DNA from: an uncultured virus (IMG/VR IMGVR_UViG_2061766007_000872)
Lineage: Duplodnaviria; Heunggongvirae; Uroviricota; Caudoviricetes
Length of the DNA: 41,970 bases
Strand: one strand, 5' to 3'
IMG/VR virus record: IMGVR_UViG_2061766007_000872
Shown here: positions 38,876-41,970 of the stretch, in pieces
Layout of the letters: every line of letters starts with the position of its first letter
How positions within the stretch are numbered: position 1 is the stretch's first letter
The notes under the pieces: model-generated
The model's database searches: none
What the model saw: the letters and a program-made list of their open reading frames with translations, nothing else
Told to the model about the DNA's origin: nothing
Position numbers and translations under genes: made by a program

Positions 38876-39793
38876 ATGGATATTGGACAAAAAGTTAAAA
38901 TTAAAGGTACAAATAGTGTTTGGGATGGAAAAGAAGGTATCTTAGAAGATGTCAATGAAGATACCTGTACAGTTTTTGTTGACTTCATTCCGGGTGAACA
39001 TAAGAGAGTAAGACAAGATTTTAGTATTGACAATATTGATTTCGGTGACTATACTGATAATAGTGAGGTACAAGACATGAGAGAAGATTTAGATTTAAGA
39101 GAAGATGAAATTGAAGAAGAAGATGATACTTCAAGAATCATTAAAGCATTAGCAGAACACTTTGGTGTTGATGAAGATGAAATTGAAGTAAGTTCATGGG
39201 GTGGCGGCCACAACTTCATTGTTAATGGTGAAGAATATTGGGTTGGCACATATGATGAAGCATATGATGAAGCAGTTGCAATGGCTAAGAGTAATCTTGA
39301 TGACTTAGGTCTAGAAGCATTATCTCCAGATTATAAAGATTATGCTATTAAAAACTTCGGTGATGCTGATGCAGTTGAAGATTGGATGAGAGAATCATTT
39401 GAATATTACATTGCAAACATTGAAGATGAATCTGATAGTGAATTTGAAAATAGATTAATCTCTGAAATGTATGATGAAGGTATTCTTACAGATGATGACT
39501 TTGAAGAGTTTGAAGGTGAACCAGACCATACAGCATTAAAAGAAGGTGTTGACATTGAAGCAAAGAAAGATGAATACTTAAATAAACTTTGTGACCAAGA
39601 TGCTATTCAATGGTTATTTGATAACTTTGGTGATGAAGAAGCAAATAAAATGTTAGTTGACAATAATGCAATTGACTATGATAAAGTTGCAGAAGATTGT
39701 GTTGACACAGATGGTATTGCACACTTTGTTGCAGATTATGATGGTGAAGAAATTGAACTCGCCGACAACCTATATGCCTATAGAAGAGGCTAA
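38876..39793 (+). CDS. Acidic protein with N-terminal KOW/SH3-like motif
   Basis: IGQKVKIKG..WDGKEGIL..TVFVDF, linker MREDLDLRED, acidic domain ending DGIAHFVADYDG. Confidence 0.65.
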   Translation: MDIGQKVKIKGTNSVWDGKEGILEDVNEDTCTVFVDFIPGEHKRVRQDFSIDNIDFGDYTDNSEVQDMREDLDLREDEIEEEDDTSRIIKALAEHFGVDEDEIEVSSWGGGHNFIVNGEEYWVGTYDEAYDEAVAMAKSNLDDLGLEALSPDYKDYAIKNFGDADAVEDWMRESFEYYIANIEDESDSEFENRLISEMYDEGILTDDDFEEFEGEPDHTALKEGVDIEAKKDEYLNKLCDQDAIQWLFDNFGDEEANKMLVDNNAIDYDKVAEDCVDTDGIAHFVADYDGEEIELADNLYAYRRG

Positions 39794-39829
39794 CAATTAA
39801 GATATTTTAAAAAGTTGTTAACTAAGATG

Positions 39830-39852
39830 AAGCACTAGAAATGGTGCTTTTT
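39830..39852 (+). terminator. Intrinsic terminator
   Basis: AAGCACTA-GAAA-TGGTGCTT plus T tract. Confidence 0.85.
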
Positions 39853-40031
39853 CTTTTCTTTAATATTTCTTTACTTTTCTAATAGTATGAAATACTATGA
39901 ATATTAAAGAATGTATAATGTTATATAAGGAATATATAGAATATATAAGGAATATACAATTATATAACAATTACATTCACATATGTAAACATATGTATAT
40001 AAAAAGGAATACAGCGATTCCAAGAAAAACA

Positions 40032-40046
40032 TGCTAAATTTAATGA
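40032..40046 (+). promoter_or_regulatory. Putative late-promoter motif TGCTAAATTTAATGA
   Basis: Ends 1 nt before ATG 40048. Confidence 0.7.
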
Positions 40047-40047
40047 T

Positions 40048-41970
40048 ATGAAGAAATTAATTTTAGAAGCAAAAGAAGATAGAATAAAATTTACTAACTG
40101 GCTAAGTCAAGGATTAGACTTAAATGACGAAGTTGTGAACAATTTAGTTGATAACTTTGTTAAGTTAAAGGGAAGTATCAAGTCTCCTTATAATGATTTT
40201 TACTACTGGATGAAAAATGAATCTCCACAAGTATTTTTCGATTATATGCAAGAGTTAGTTAATAAATATGCTAAGAAGCAACAGGTCAAACAAAGTGAGA
40301 AAGATGGTGCTAGATTAGTCTATAGTGATAATGATTGGAAAGTCTATGAAATTACAAACTATGAAGCAAGTGCAAAATATGGTAAAGGTACTAAGTGGTG
40401 TATTAGTGGTTCAAAGAGATGGGCTAACGGAGAAGAAGGCGCAGGTTACTTTGACCAATATTATTCACAAAATGGCGTAAGATTCTATTTCTTTATTAAC
40501 AAAGATACTAAATATGCATTAGCAGTATATCCAGATAACAGTTGTGAAATTTTTAATGCTGAGGATGTAGGTATTCCATATATTCCTAATGCTCCTGTTG
40601 TTGATGAAATTAAAGCTGAGTATAAAAATGAAAGTAATAGCAACATTTTAATTAATGCTATTATGAATAAAAGAATTGATAGTAATGTTTTAAAGCAAAT
40701 TATTCAAGAAACTTTTACAGATAATACAGGCAATGAGTGTGAAATTTATAGTAGAGATGAACTTAATGCTCTTTTAACAGCTGTTGATGATATGATTCCT
40801 GATGGTTATCTTGAATATGAAGCATGTGTTGATGGAGATATAACACCTGAAGAGTATAAAAGAATAACAGGTGAAGAATTTGATGAAGATTCTATGTGGG
40901 ATGGTGATTTACCTGCACTTGCTGGTTATGAATTAGCCTCTCTTAGCGGTAATACAAAAGAAGAAAAATTAAATTCACTTAAATATACTTTAGAAAATGA
41001 AGCAGAATATATAGTTCTAGAGGAAGATTATGATGGTTGGTTAATCTCACCTATAAAAGACTATACTGAATTATTCATGTGGGCAAACAATAGATGTGGC
41101 ATTAGTGATTGGTCAGATGGTGAACTTGATGACTTCTTTATCAATAGTTTTGATGCAGATGAATTAGAACATGTACATCCTGGAAGATTGTATGTATTTC
41201 CTATTATGTTAGCAAATAGATTAATTTTTGATATTAAGAGCGGAGATATCTCAAGTAGTGTATTAAATGGTTTAGGACTATCTAAAGACTATTTAAGCAA
41301 GTTTAATAAAAATTATGATGAAAATCTCAATGAAAGTGAAAAAGTGTCTGAGGATGTCTATTTTCATGGTTCTGTTGAAGAAATTGATGGTTATCTAAAT
41401 AGACCTATAAATTGGATTACAAAAGATTATGATTATGCTAAAACATTTGCCTTAGGTAATGGTTATGTTTACAAGTGTAGTGCAACTTTAGGAAATCTTT
41501 TAGATGTAGGTAAAACTGATGCTAGAGTGTTTGATATGATTCCTTCAACTCCTTTAAAGTTCTCTAGAGAGTTTACTGCAATTATTAGAAGATTAAACAT
41601 TAGTGAGGATGCAATTAGAAAAGTAATTGACAATGTTGCTGATGAGTATAGTGTCAATGCATATAGACTTGCTATAAGACCTGTTGTAAGGTCAATGGCT
41701 TTCAAGAGAATCTTAGAAGGTTTAGGTTACAATGGAATTAAAGCAATTGAATATGATAGTATAAATGATAAGAATGTTGAAACATTTGGTTTATTTGACC
41801 AAGTTAAAGTCTTAGGTAAAGCAAATGAATCTCTAGAGGAAGAAACTCTCTATAGGGGTGTAGGAAAATCAAGTTCAAGAATACCTAGATATCTATCTCA
41901 ATATACTGGAACTTTCTATGCTCCTGATGAGTATTATGCAAGTCTCTATGGAGATGTGTCTCAAAAAGAT
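40048..41970 (+). CDS. Polyvalent protein (>641 aa, 3'-truncated, absent from ORF track) with two ADP-ribosyltransferase-like domains
   Basis: Open frame MKKLILEAKED.. to window end. N-domain YEASAKYGKGTKWCI; ART-like YFHGS..WITKDYDYAKTFA..GYVY..GYNGI..E; second LYRG..TFYAPDEYYASLYG. Confidence 0.75.
   Translation, partial: MKKLILEAKEDRIKFTNWLSQGLDLNDEVVNNLVDNFVKLKGSIKSPYNDFYYWMKNESPQVFFDYMQELVNKYAKKQQVKQSEKDGARLVYSDNDWKVYEITNYEASAKYGKGTKWCISGSKRWANGEEGAGYFDQYYSQNGVRFYFFINKDTKYALAVYPDNSCEIFNAEDVGIPYIPNAPVVDEIKAEYKNESNSNILINAIMNKRIDSNVLKQIIQETFTDNTGNECEIYSRDELNALLTAVDDMIPDGYLEYEACVDGDITPEEYKRITGEEFDEDSMWDGDLPALAGYELASLSGNTKEEKLNSLKYTLENEAEYIVLEEDYDGWLISPIKDYTELFMWANNRCGISDWSDGELDDFFINSFDADELEHVHPGRLYVFPIMLANRLIFDIKSGDISSSVLNGLGLSKDYLSKFNKNYDENLNESEKVSEDVYFHGSVEEIDGYLNRPINWITKDYDYAKTFALGNGYVYKCSATLGNLLDVGKTDARVFDMIPSTPLKFSREFTAIIRRLNISEDAIRKVIDNVADEYSVNAYRLAIRPVVRSMAFKRILEGLGYNGIKAIEYDSINDKNVETFGLFDQVKVLGKANESLEEETLYRGVGKSSSRIPRYLSQYTGTFYAPDEYYASLYGDVSQKD

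Noticed and set aside
686..41705. Minus-strand and alternate-frame ORFs in the track (e.g. 14584..14988, 19111..19530, 28154..28642, 105..305, 861..1223)
   Set aside because: They are shadows of well-supported + strand genes, with no RBS or recognisable motifs.
1..41970. Stop-codon reassignment
   Set aside because: Core genes are intact in the standard code and end in TAA or TAG, with TGA used at overlapping junctions; apparent breaks coincide with N gaps.

Overview
AT-rich fragment of a large tailed phage with a T4-type head module. All credible genes are on the + strand and use the standard code. There are many short N gaps, some joining strain-variant copies. Order: tail fibre and lectin receptor-binding genes (1-8.4 kb); glycosyltransferases, a nucleotide-sugar dehydrogenase and holin-like genes (8.4-13.4 kb); terminase, portal, prohead protease, scaffold and major capsid (13.5-21.6 kb); an accessory region of small ORFs and several promoter/terminator-bounded non-coding units (21.7-37 kb); acidic, probably head-packaged proteins, including a protein with two ADP-ribosyltransferase-like domains that runs off the end. 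The main finding is a c-di-GMP-I (GEMM) riboswitch with an overlapping terminator (ON-switch architecture). It lies directly behind a phage-specific promoter-like motif and ahead of a three-gene operon: a SipW-type signal peptidase and two proteins with SipW/TasA-type signal peptides. Three promoter-like classes are visible: sigmaA TTGACA-17-TATAAT, TTGTATAATAT (9 copies) and TGCTAAATTWARTGA (12 copies). A Bacillota host is inferred, not shown. All family calls are by-eye motif recognition; no searches were run.
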